A DNA stretch of 64,000 nt from Selaginella moellendorffii (Eukaryota; Plantae; Lycopodiophyta). The DNA lies in the NCBI RefSeq assembly GCF_000143415.4, contig NW_003314294.1, forward strand, positions 305,402 through 369,401, read 5' to 3'. The position numbers were made by a program, and so were the translations under genes. Positions 1 to 9,450 of this stretch are shown in pieces. The notes below the pieces were generated by a model. That model ran no database searches. It saw only the letters and a list, made by a program, of their open reading frames with translations, and was not told the DNA's origin. Within the stretch, counting starts at the first letter, position 1, and every line of letters starts with the position of its first letter.

Positions 1-691
1 GCTCAAGGCCCTAAAACTCTAGTTCCACTCCACTATTCTAGGACACGTGGCATATAACATGTGGCATGTGAAGGGTTGAGGTTCACCTCCATGGTTATCC
101 TATGGTAGATTATAGGGTAAAGGGTGAAAACCATGTGCACTATACTTAATCTCACAAACACATATAATAAGTTGCTATGAAAGGTGTAATGTTTCATCAA
201 AGGTTTTAGTTCAATGGATGTGCAACAAAAGGTTAAGAAGGATTTTTTAGCAATGTTGATTGATGTTATCATTAAAGCTTAGATATTTTCACCAGTCAAT
301 TTGGTCAACTCTGGTGAATGGGATGGTCTACAAGGTAGTCAACATGATGACCAGCTAGCCAATACTTTATATTCAGGGAAAAAACGACCATTATTATGTT
401 GTGGCTTGAATAATGGAAATGACAATGAGGCTATGAAGCTTCATTCAGACAAAAAAGACAAAGTAGAGGGCAATTGTTTTTATTGCTACAAAGCTGAATA
501 TCAAGGCAAAGATTGTCTTGAAAGGGTTAACAAATTCTAAGGTGAATGTGGTGGGATTTATTATGGATATAGTTCAAGTATTTGCTATGGTGGATCTTCC
601 ATATCTCACCTCTTGTTATTGAGACAAATGTGAGTGAGATTGTTATTAGGGTTGTCTTGCTTTAATTTGGGCATCCTCTTATGTACATGAT

Positions 692-1094
692 GTAAACAAT
701 CAAAGAAAATAACTCAAGAGACAATTCATAAGGTTTAAAATTTTAAGAAAAGGATTGCTTTGTCAAGAGGTAAATCTCTTAACCAAGCTAAGCTGAGACT
801 TTTAGAAGCAATAGTAACTGAGTTTAACAAAGGGGTTAAATTTTATATTCTTGGGTTTGAATATATTGTGCTGAGTGACCTCCCGGGAAGTCCAAACTCA
901 AGAGCTTACACATGAATCACACAATGGAATTGACCTACTATAAATAATCAAAGAGAACTATTCAAGAGATGATCTATAAAAGTTCAAATATAAAGGGAAA
1001 AAGTGCACTCCTTTTTCCATTTAAAGTTAAATGTTCTTGGGTTTAAATAATACTAAATTGGATGACATTCCGGAAGCCCAAACTTATGAGCTTA
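692..1094 (+). mobile_element. Two degenerate Cassandra-like TRIM LTR copies
   Basis: TGTAAACAATCAAAG...GAGTGACCTCCCGGGAAGTCCAAACTCAAGAGCTTACA (692-910) and a more decayed copy (~937-1094). Both resemble the LTR at 1136-1329, including the 5S-derived segment. Confidence 0.65.
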
Positions 1095-1135
1095 ATTCTA
1101 TTTAAGATATACTCTTTATCTTAAGTAGGTGTAAG

Positions 1136-1569
1136 TGTAAGCAACCAAAGAGAACGACTTGAGAGACGGTCCATGGGGTTCAAATATAGAGGGAAAGGGC
1201 CCATGAACAAGAGTGCACCCTTTTTTCCAATCGGTTAAGGGTCTTGGGATAGTTGGAGTTAAGCGTCCTTGGGTTTAAGTAGTACTGGGATGGGTGACCT
1301 CCTGGGAAGTCCAAATTCAGGAGATTACATTTGGTATCGGAGCGGTCTCGAGTCTGACTCTATTGGTTGGCTAGGGGAATCACACCACATGTTGATTGAC
1401 ATCTGGCTGGTCCAGTTTGCTCCCGAGGGGTAGGGTGTAGAGTTGCGGCTCTCAGCTTCCGTTCACGAGGGCGTGAACTTGCAGGGAAGCGTGGTGGATT
1501 ATAAGCAACCAAAGGGAACGACTTAAGAGACAGTCCATGGGGTTCAAATATAGACGGAAAGGGCCCATG
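1136..1569 (+). mobile_element. Cassandra-type TRIM (non-autonomous LTR retrotransposon with 5S rRNA-derived LTR segment); 3' LTR truncated by assembly gap
   Basis: 5' LTR 1136-1329 (TGTAA...TTACA). tRNA-iMet PBS TGGTATCGGAGC at 1332-1343. Non-coding internal region of ~170 bp ends in purine-rich GGGAAGCGTGGTGGA. The second LTR starts at 1500 and runs into Ns. Confidence 0.88.
1257..1312 (+). promoter_or_regulatory. 5S rRNA-derived internal Pol III promoter (A box/IE/C box) inside TRIM LTR; not a full 5S gene
   Basis: AGTTAAGCGTCCTTGGGTTTAAGTAGTACTGGGATGGGTGACCTCCTGGGAAGTCC matches the 3' half of the plant 5S rRNA consensus as recalled (AGTTAAGCGTGCTTGGGCGAGAGTAGTACTAGGATGGGTGACCTCCTGGGAAGTCC) at about 50/56 nt. 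The 5' half of 5S is absent. Confidence 0.88.
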
Positions 1570-1669
1570 NNNNNNNNNNNNNNNNNNNNNNNNNNNNNNN
1601 NNNNNNNNNNNNNNNNNNNNNNNNNNNNNNNNNNNNNNNNNNNNNNNNNNNNNNNNNNNNNNNNNNNNN
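1570..1669. other. Assembly gap (N run)
   Basis: Run of n. Confidence 0.99.
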
Positions 1670-1882
1670 TCATGGTGAAATAAATCTTTTTCTCCCTCAT
1701 AGGGAGATGTAAGTAACTGAATCTTAAATTTTTTAGTATATCTAGCGTCTCTATTAGTAAATAAGGTAATTGACTGATATATAACTAAAGGTCCATGCTA
1801 TATATTGCAAGGTAAATATGGTGAGTCATAGGTGAAAAATAAACGTGCAACCTGAAAGTCCTAACTCAGGAGCTTACATTAA

Positions 1883-2237
1883 TGTAAGCTCCTAAATTTG
1901 GACCCAAGGACGCTTAACCCCAAATATCCCAAGACCTTTAACCGATTGGAAAAGGGGGTGCACTCTTGTTCATGGGCCCTTTCCGTCTATATTTGAACCC
2001 CATAGACCGTCTCTCAAGTCGTTCCCTTTGGTTGGGCCCTTTCCGTCTATATTTGAACCCCATGGACCGTCTCTCAAGTCGTTCCCTTTGGTTGCTTACA
2101 GTAAGCTCCTAAGTTTGGGCTTCCCGGAAGGTTGGTTGGGCCCTTTCCGTCTATATTTAAACCCCATGGACCGTCTCTCAAGTCGTTCCCTTTGGTTGCT
2201 TACAGTAAGCTCCTAAGTTTGGGCTTCCCGGAAGGTT
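1883..2237 (-). mobile_element. Rearranged Cassandra LTR fragments (inverted, partial tandem duplications)
   Basis: Reverse complement of the 1136-1329 LTR. The segment GGGCCCTTTCCGTCTATATTTGAACCCCATGGACCGTCTCTCAAGTCGTTCCCTTTGGTTG occurs three times. Confidence 0.8.
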
Positions 2238-2755
2238 GTGATTAGTGTTATGAAGGAATGACGACATTATTTGTATACATCAGACTTCTGTAGATTCAAA
2301 CCATTAGTCTCTTTAGTATTTCAATTGTCAAAAAGATCTCATTGGCAAGAGTTCTTGTAGGAAATGTTTATTAAGATCTAGTATAAGCATATAAGTGACA
2401 ATAAGGTGGCTAATGCATTATCCAAGATAATAAATTTTATCTCATTTATAAAGCTATCTAGCGATTTTTTGGAAGAGCTTAAGGAGTTTGCCGATTTCTA
2501 TGGTTTACCCAGTGACATTGTGAGTGATCAAGATCTTAAGTTCATGTCAAAGTTTTGGCAAATAGTCTTTAAGAAGCTAAAAACTAAATGGAGTGGTAAG
2601 CATCCATAATCAAATGGGTAGATAGAGTGCATGAATCAATTATTGAAATATATGTTGAGGTCTTTTGTGGGAAATTTGACTTAACCAGGAGTATGGGAGA
2701 AATTTTTGCCTTTGCTTTAGTTTGCTCACAATAATATTTATTAATTGGCTATTGG

Positions 2756-3142
2756 TGTCAGGAATCCCCTAATTCTTGCCACATTCCTGACTCTCGCCGG
2801 ATTCCTGACCTGCAGACCACATTCCTGACTCTCGAGACACTTCCCTATTCCTGACTCTCGAGACACTTCCCGATTCCTGAGTCTCGAGACACTTCCCGAT
2901 TCCTGAGTCTCGAGCCACATTCCTGATAATGATGTGGCGCCTCCTCGACCTCAGCTGTATTTAGGCCGTCCTCGATCCAAGAGTGGTGGAGCTTCATCAA
3001 CCTATAGTATATATAGGTTAGCCTTGTTCCATTTCTCCACAATCTGAATCAACACCAGTCTAAGGCCTCTTATTTGTTTTCACTAGCTTTTTCTCTTTGT
3101 CTTTAGCATTTTCTAGTCTTGATCTTGTTGGGGGTCTTGACA
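2756..3142 (+). repeat. 5' LTR of chromovirus, with ~26-bp tandem subrepeats in U3
   Basis: TGTCAGG...CTTGACA. Repeated unit ATTCCTGA(C/G)TCTCGAGACACTTCCC at 2821-2915. TATA-like TATATATAGG at 3008-3017. Confidence 0.96.
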
Positions 3143-3144
3143 GT

Positions 3145-3160
3145 TTGATTCAGATTGTGG
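3145..3160 (+). promoter_or_regulatory. Self-priming PBS (complementary to LTR R-region 3037-3052)
   Basis: TTGATTCAGATTGTGG is the exact reverse complement of CCACAATCTGAATCAA (3037-3052). No TGG-initiated tRNA PBS lies next to the LTR. Confidence 0.8.
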
Positions 3161-3241
3161 TATTTTGCTTTTCTTTTAGTTCGTTTTGATTATTTGATTG
3201 CCTTTGTCTTTTTCCCCCTTTTTTTTTCTTTCTTCTTGCCA

Positions 3242-4213
3242 ATGGAGTCTCCAAGCCATCCTGATTTCTTTGCCGAAGTCCTTGCAAAAATCCAGTCTGA
3301 GAATACCAAGCTGAAGGCGACCCTTCTTCACATGCAGCAGGAGCTTGCTTCACTTTCGGCTCAAGGATCCAGCAAAGTTCCTGAACCGAAAGTGAGTTTC
3401 CCGGCGAAATTTTCAGGCAAGCGTTCGGAGCTTCGTGGATTTTTGAACCAAATGGAGCTGATCTTTGCACTTCAACATCGGCGGTACCCCACTCCCGAGT
3501 CTCAAATCGGCGCGATTGGGACGTTGCTCGAGGGTGCAGCTTTGTCATGGTTTTCTCCTCTTCTGGAGAAGAGCATGAAAGGGGTCGTGGTTCCGGAGCT
3601 GACGGATCTTCAATTGTTCAAAGAGAAGCTCGAAGCATGTTTTGGCGAGATGGATCGGGTTCGGGCTGCTACCACAAAGATGAGACGTCTCTCTCAGGGG
3701 TCTCGTCCTGCCTCGATCTACGCTGCAGAGTTCCAACTCCTTGCCTTGGACACTCAGTGGGATGAGCGGGCCCTGATTGACCAATTTCGTTTCGGCCTCA
3801 ACAACGGTGTCAAGGATTTGTTGCTCACCATGGAGGATCCCAAGGACCTGTCGGACGCCATCAACAAAGTTGTTCGATGTGACAATCATCTCTTTGAACG
3901 TCGTCAAGAAAGTCGCCGCGCCGCTGTTTTTCCGTCCCAGACTCAGGAATCCCAGCTTGAGTCTTCGGGGCATAGTCCTGAACCTACTGCTCCGGTCCCA
4001 ATGGATATCTCTGGTACTCCCCGACTCATTAGAGGGAAGTTGAGTCCTGCTGAGAGGCAACGTCGAATATCTCATAATCTTTGCCTCTACTGTGCTGATC
4101 CTAATCACAAAGCAGCTGTGTGTCCCAGGAAGCCTCCCCGATTGCTAGAGTTCACTCTGCCTCAAAGTCCACTTCTGTTGCAGTCGGGAAACGACCCTGT
4201 CCAAACAGAGTAG
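3242..4213 (+). CDS. gag: Gag (Ty3/PEG10-like capsid plus CCHC zinc knuckle)
   Basis: ATG at 3242. Motifs PAKFSGKRSELRGFLNQM, LSQGSRPASIYAAEF, PMDIS and CLYCADPNHKAAVC. Confidence 0.92.
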   Translation: MESPSHPDFFAEVLAKIQSENTKLKATLLHMQQELASLSAQGSSKVPEPKVSFPAKFSGKRSELRGFLNQMELIFALQHRRYPTPESQIGAIGTLLEGAALSWFSPLLEKSMKGVVVPELTDLQLFKEKLEACFGEMDRVRAATTKMRRLSQGSRPASIYAAEFQLLALDTQWDERALIDQFRFGLNNGVKDLLLTMEDPKDLSDAINKVVRCDNHLFERRQESRRAAVFPSQTQESQLESSGHSPEPTAPVPMDISGTPRLIRGKLSPAERQRRISHNLCLYCADPNHKAAVCPRKPPRLLEFTLPQSPLLLQSGNDPVQTE

Positions 4214-4233
4214 GAGCTGTCTGTTTGGACTCC
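4186..4233 (+). promoter_or_regulatory. -1 ribosomal frameshift signal (G GGA AAC plus stem-loop/pseudoknot)
   Basis: Heptamer at 4186-4192 in the gag frame, 6-nt spacer, perfect 11-bp stem GTCCAAACAGA (4199-4209)/TCTGTTTGGAC (4220-4230). pol is in the -1 frame. Confidence 0.82.
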
Positions 4234-7200
4234 CCAAATAAAAATCACTTTTCTTCCTTATCAAGCTCCTCACCACCTTTCATCAAAGCCACCACCAATT
4301 CCCGCAACTTCTACGTCCCATGTCTCCTTTCTTTCACCGGACAATCAGGACTCAAGGCTTTGGCACTACTGGACTCGGGTGCAACTTCCTGCTTCATGGA
4401 TATGGACTTTGCTGCCCGATATCACGTTCCTCTTTCTCCTACCATACGGGATCTGAGGGTTGAAGGCATCGGCGGGCATTTTGTGTCTCCATCTTCTGGA
4501 CTTAGGGAAACGTTGCCCGTTCGAGTACACATCGGGTCCACCGTCACCGATATCGCCTTCAACATCATCAACAGCAAGTCCTCCTCTGTGGTGCTCGGTC
4601 TTCCTTGGTTCCAACTACATCAGCCTCAGATTTGTTGGAAGGACTTACAACTCATCTCTCCCACATCACCATCTCCCACGGCTTCCCCTGGTGTTCATCG
4701 AGTCCGAATCAGGAAAAGTTCCCTAAACTCAAGTTGGGGTTCTGTTCCTGACTCTACGAAGTTTTCATCCTCTTCTTTTTCCTCTCTTCCATCTTACACT
4801 GGACAGTACCCTCGTCTCATCATTCCATTTAGTCTTACCCCTTCTCCTATCTCCACAATCACTATGAAAGAACTCCTTCATGAAGAACCTCTTTTTCTTT
4901 TTGCTTTGCATGTTTCTCCTGTCAGTCTTCCTGAGAAGTATCATGATTTTGGGGATGTGTTTGACAAGAAAAAAGCTAGTGTACTACCTGTTCATCGGCC
5001 TTATGATTGTCCCATTGATTTACAGGAAGGAGCGTCACCTCCGTGGGGGCCTATCTACGGGTTATCCCCGTCCGAGCTTAAGGCCCTCAAAGAGTACGTG
5101 GATGAGAACCTTGCCTCGGGCTACATTCAGCATTCGCAGTCCCCGACTGGAGTGCCTGTCTTCTTTGTCAAGAAGAAGGATGGGAGCTTGCGGCTAGTCA
5201 TCGACTACCGAGGTTTGAACAAGGTGACTGTTCGGAACCGTTATCCGCTGCCCCTGATCTCGGACCTGTTGGAACGCCTCGGCGGTGCCCGCTTCTTCAC
5301 CAAGATCGACCTCTGTGGAGCATACAACCTGATCCGGATCCGGCCTGGTGATGAATGGAAGACTGCGTTCCGAACCCGCTATGGCCACTTCGAGTACACT
5401 GTCATGCCATTTGGCTTGACAAATGCTCCAGCAGTTTTCCAACACATGGCAAACGACGTTTTTCGGGAGTTTCTTGATCAGATGGTGATCGTATACCTCG
5501 ATGACATCCTCATCTACTCAAAAACTCAGGAGGAGCATGATGAACATGTTCGCAAGGTGCTAGCGAAGCTGCGAGAACACGGCCTATACGCGAAGCTTGA
5601 GAAATGTTCCTTTGATCAGCAGTCTGTGGAGTTCCTTGGGTACATTGTCACTCCTGAGGGTATCACGATGGATCCTGCTAAAGTCAAGACTATTCTCGAA
5701 TGGGAGCCTCCACAATCAATGTCGGACATTCAGGTTTTCCTTGGCTTCGCCAACTTCTACCGCAAATTCATTGATCACTACTCTGACATTGTCTTTCCTC
5801 TCACACGTCTCACTCGCAAGGATGTTCCCTTCTCTTGGTCTGCTGCTGCCCAGCAGGCCTTCGACACACTCAAGGCAGCCTTCAGTTTTGCTCCTGTCTT
5901 GATCCATGCTGATTCCTCACAACCTTTCTTCATCGAGGCTGACACCTCCGACTTTGCCATTGGTGCTGTGCTGTCTCAACTCGGAGTAGATCACGAACTT
6001 CATCCGGTCGCTTTCCATTCTCGGAAATTCCAGCCTGCGGAGATCAATTACGAAATCCACGACAAGGAGCTCCTTGCCATCGTGGATTCCTTTGGAGAGT
6101 GGCGCCGTTTCTTGGAGGGGGCGAGCCATCAAACAATAGTCTGGACGGATCACAAAAATCTCGAGTACTTTGCCACTTCCCGAGTTTTAAGCCGTCGTCA
6201 AGCAAGGTGGGCACAATTCCTGAGTCAGTTTGACTTTGTTATCAAGTACAGACCTGGAAAGTTTCAAGGCCTTCCTGATGCTCTTTCAAGGCGCTCCTAT
6301 CTCAGTCTCAGGCCTGGTAATCCTACCTTCGATCAACAGGATCAAGTTATCCTCGGTTCTGATCGGCTTCAAGTTATGGCAATTTCCCTAGCCCCTCAGG
6401 ACTCCTCCTTGATGGATGCAATCAGAAACGATCTTCAATCCGATGATCTCGCTAGCGACATTTTCCCCCATCTTCAGGCTGGACACCCAGTGACTCCCGA
6501 CTGCCGGCGATTTGACGAGTTTGAGTTCTTAGATGGCTTATTGTACCGTGGGGAGCAGCTTTACGTTCCTGAAGGTGATGCTCGAAGGTTGGTCCTGATG
6601 GCGTGCCACGATAGCCCGACTGCTGGTCATTTCGGCATTGCGAAAACCTATGAGCTAGTTGCACGGGACTTTTGGTGGCCTCACATGGACGACTACATCA
6701 AAGCTTTTGTTACCTCCTGTGACACTTGTGCCCGGAATAAGGTACCTCGCCACCTTCCTTTAGGTTTGCTTCGTTCCCTTCTGGTCCCTTCAGGTCCTTG
6801 GGAATCCATCTCCATGGATTTCTTGAGTGATCTTCCGAGTTCTGGAGGCTTCAACAGCATTTTAGTCGTGGTGGATCGCTTCACAAAGATGGCGCACTTC
6901 TTGCTATGTACCAAGGAGTTTTCGGGCGAGGACATGGCAAAATTGGTATTCAGGGAAATTTTCCGACTTCATGGGATTCCTACAGATGTGGTTTCGGATC
7001 GGGGGCCTCAGTTCATCTCTCATTTCTGGCAACGGTTTTTGCAGCTGCTTGGAGTGAAGGCCAACCTCTCTTCGGCATATCATCCTCAAACTGATGGGCA
7101 GTCCGAGCGAACGATTCAGACGTTGGAACAATTCTTGAGGTGCTTCATCAACTATCATCAGGATAACTGGTTCGATATCCTTCCCCTTGCTGAGTTTTCC

Positions 7201-7950
7201 TATAACAACTCTGTTCACTCCTCTCTTCGAGTTTCCCCCTTTTTTGCGAACTCTGGCCGAAATCCCCGATTCAATCTCTCACTTCCTTCTCCATCTGAAT
7301 CCTCTCGTTCAAATCCCCGCTCTGAGGCATTTATCTCCAACCTCCAGGAAATCCACAACTCCATCTCCTTCCACCTCCATCGTGCTCAGGAATCTCATAA
7401 AACATTTGCCAATGTCCATCGTCAGGATTGTCCCCCTTACAATATCGGGGATAAAGTCTGGCTCCTCAGGCGAAATATCTCCACCACCAGGCCCTGTCCA
7501 AAACTCGATTTCAAACAGCTTGGTCCTTTCCCTATCACTGCCATCATTAATCCTGTCACTTATCGCCTTGCACTTCCCTCCTCATATCAAATTCACCCCG
7601 TTTTTCACTCCTCTCTCCTTGAGCCTTATATTCCCAGTCCTATTCCAAATCGGGTCATTCCTCCACCTTCACCTGAGGATGGGTCTGAGTACGAGGTTCA
7701 GGACATCCTTGATTCCAAGATTTCACGGTCTAAACTCTACTATCTGGTGGACTGGAAGGGTTACGGACCTGAGGAACGCACTTGGGAACCTGCGGACAAC
7801 CTGATTCATTCTCCTGACCTTGTTCAGGACTTCCACCGCTGCTATCCTTCTCGTCCCAGTCCTCATTTTTTTTCTCCCTCTCCCATCCCTCGCCGCTCAT
7901 CTCATCCTCCTCTTCGTTCTCGTTCACATCCTCGTTCCACTCGTTCTTGA
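4186..7950 (+). CDS. pol: Pol polyprotein: aspartic protease, reverse transcriptase, RNase H, integrase, chromodomain (expressed by -1 frameshift)
   Basis: LLDSGAT (PR); MPFGLTNAP and YLDDILI (RT); EADTSDFAIGAVL and DKELLAIV (RH); CHDSPTAGH..CDTC, ISMDF, VSDRG and SERTIQ (INT); EYEVQDILDSK..YLVDWKGYGPEERTWEP (chromodomain). No stops in the 1276-aa ORF. Confidence 0.96.
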   Translation, partial: GKRPCPNRVGAVCLDSPNKNHFSSLSSSSPPFIKATTNSRNFYVPCLLSFTGQSGLKALALLDSGATSCFMDMDFAARYHVPLSPTIRDLRVEGIGGHFVSPSSGLRETLPVRVHIGSTVTDIAFNIINSKSSSVVLGLPWFQLHQPQICWKDLQLISPTSPSPTASPGVHRVRIRKSSLNSSWGSVPDSTKFSSSSFSSLPSYTGQYPRLIIPFSLTPSPISTITMKELLHEEPLFLFALHVSPVSLPEKYHDFGDVFDKKKASVLPVHRPYDCPIDLQEGASPPWGPIYGLSPSELKALKEYVDENLASGYIQHSQSPTGVPVFFVKKKDGSLRLVIDYRGLNKVTVRNRYPLPLISDLLERLGGARFFTKIDLCGAYNLIRIRPGDEWKTAFRTRYGHFEYTVMPFGLTNAPAVFQHMANDVFREFLDQMVIVYLDDILIYSKTQEEHDEHVRKVLAKLREHGLYAKLEKCSFDQQSVEFLGYIVTPEGITMDPAKVKTILEWEPPQSMSDIQVFLGFANFYRKFIDHYSDIVFPLTRLTRKDVPFSWSAAAQQAFDTLKAAFSFAPVLIHADSSQPFFIEADTSDFAIGAVLSQLGVDHELHPVAFHSRKFQPAEINYEIHDKELLAIVDSFGEWRRFLEGASHQTIVWTDHKNLEYFATSRVLSRRQARWAQFLSQFDFVIKYRPGKFQGLPDALSRRSYLSLRPGNPTFDQQDQVILGSDRLQVMAISLAPQDSSLMDAIRNDLQSDDLASDIFPHLQAGHPVTPDCRRFDEFEFLDGLLYRGEQLYVPEGDARRLVLMACHDSPTAGHFGIAKTYELVARDFWWPHMDDYIKAFVTSCDTCARNKVPRHLPLGLLRSLLVPSGPWESISMDFLSDLPSSGGFNSILVVVDRFTKMAHFLLCTKEFSGEDMAKLVFREIFRLHGIPTDVVSDRGPQFISHFWQRFLQLLGVKANLSSAYHPQTDGQSERTIQTLEQFLRCFINYHQDNWFDILPLAEFSYNNSVHSSLRVSPFFANSGRNPRFNLSLPSPSESSRSNPRSEAFISNLQEIHNSISFHLHRAQESHKTFANVHRQDCPPYNIGDKVWLLRRNISTTRPCPKLDFKQLGPFPITAIINPVTYRLALPSSYQIHPVFHSSLLEPYIPSPIPNRVIPPPSPEDGSEYEVQDILDSKISRSKLYYLVDWKGYGPEERTWEPADNLIHSPDLVQDFHRCYPSRPSPHFFSPSPIPRRSSHPPLRSRSHPRSTRS

Positions 7951-7961
7951 GGAGGGGGTGC

Positions 7962-8348
7962 TGTCAGGAATCCCCCAATTCTTGCCACATTCCTGACTCT
8001 CGCCGGATTCCTGACCTGCAGACCACATTCCTGACTCTCGAGACACTTCCCTATTCCTGACTCTCGAGACACTTCCCGATTCCTGAGTCTCGAGACACTT
8101 CCCGATTCCTGAGTCTCGAGCCACATTCCTGATGATGATGTGGCACCTCCTCGACCTCAGCTGTATTTAGGCCGTCCTCGATCCAAGAGTGGTGGAGCTT
8201 CATCAACCTATAGTATATATAGGTTAGCCTTGTTCCATTTCTCCACAATCTGAATCAACACCAGTCTAAGGCCTCTTATTTGTTTTCACTAGCTTTTTCT
8301 CTTTGTCTTTAGCATTTTCTAGTCTTGATCTTGTTGGGGGTCTTGACA
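7962..8348 (+). repeat. 3' LTR of chromovirus
   Basis: Near-identical to 2756-3142 and followed by the TSD ATTGG. Confidence 0.96.
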
Positions 8349-9450
8349 ATTGGTATATCTCTATTTATGGTGATGTATAGCTATGAACCTAGGTCTCCTA
8401 TAAGTTTGAGTTTGGCTTTGGTTCATGTATCTCATGTTTATGGTTTCTTGAAGGATATATAAGATAAACTTGAGTTGGCAAAGTTGAACATAAGGCAAAC
8501 TCAAGATTGAGACAAAAGTTTAGTTAATGAATATCATTGTCATTAGGAGTACAAAGTTGGTGAAAATTTTTTCCTTAAGCTATTGGATGCACAATAATCT
8601 TTAAAAGGAGGTGGCAATGCTAAGTTGTCTCCATAGTATTATAGGTCTTAGACAATTTTATAGCACTTGAAAAAGGGATTTTGCTTGCACTTTGGGCTTG
8701 TTAGTTAATTCAAAGATTCATCTAATGTTCCATGTGAGCAAGGTTAAAGTGTGTTTGCACTCTAGTGATGTTATGGGTCAATCCATCATCCAAGTCTCAG
8801 AGATTAATATTGAGAAGGTTGGTTTGGCTAATATTCTTGCTCAAAGATTGGTGAAAACATGCAAGAAGACAATTAAGGAATTGTTAGTTCTATGGAATAA
8901 TTATTCCATGGACAAAGTTACATAGGAAATTAAAAATGATGTGTAAAAAGTGTTTTCAAGTTTTGGTTATGACTTGCATAACATTCCTAAGGCAAGGGAG
9001 AATTGAGTTCTATAGCTATATTGTTACATGATTTGAGCCATTTGTTTTATTCTTATTCTCTTCATTCCATGATTATATATGAGAAATCTATATTGCTTTC
9101 TTTTTTTCAAGCCATTTATCACGATGCTAATGTTGCCATTTACACATTCTTTCTCCATGGCTGTATTGCCTTCGACTCCCTTTATGTGAAGCTCATTTAG
9201 CTTCTCAAGGCTGCTGTTAGTGGCTGGGTCATGAGGAAGGGATGAACTATAGGAATATTCTAAGAATATTTTAGGAGGTTCACTCCTTGTTTGTTTCAAG
9301 AGGAGTGCTCTTGTTCTAGCAAGTAGGGCCAGCGAGCAGGAGCACAATGACAACAAGGATGCACTGATGCTAAAATGATAATCCAATTTGCATTTTTGCA
9401 TCCACTATCAAATAGATAGATAGAAATCAGGGGCCTCTTCCTCAAGCCCT

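Larger units (their letters stand above)
2756..8348 (+). mobile_element. Full-length Ty3/gypsy chromovirus LTR retrotransposon (Tcn1/Tf1-sushi-like)
   Basis: 387-bp LTRs at 2756-3142 and 7962-8348 (TG...CA, about 3 mismatches). 5-bp TSD ATTGG at 2751-2755 and 8349-8353. PPT GAGGAGGGGG before the 3' LTR. Open gag and pol (PR-RT-RH-INT-chromodomain). Confidence 0.97.
2240..9002 (+). mobile_element. Old degenerate Ty3/gypsy (chromovirus-like) pol remnant, interrupted by the young element at 2756-8348
   Basis: Integrase core motifs (GLPSDIVSDQDLKFMSKFWQ) lie left of 2756 and continue right of 8348. They are followed by GPY/F-like and chromodomain-like residues (ILAQRLVKT..ELLVLWNNY) and a purine tract AAGGCAAGGGAGAA at ~8989. 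Many stop codons. Confidence 0.7.

Noticed and set aside
301-540. Copia gag zinc knuckle (CFYCYKAEYQGKDC)
   Set aside because: Probably a retroelement remnant, but too short and degenerate to bound or classify.
1257-1312. Functional 5S rRNA gene
   Set aside because: Only the 3' ~56 nt is present, embedded in an LTR, with no 5S 5' end or oligo-T terminator.
2821-2915. CRISPR-like repeat array
   Set aside because: Contiguous tandem units without unique spacers, inside a eukaryotic LTR; no cas genes.
3155-3241. Hydrophobic N-terminal extension of Gag
   Set aside because: Starts at a non-ATG codon in the T-rich 5' UTR/PBS; the first ATG is at 3242.
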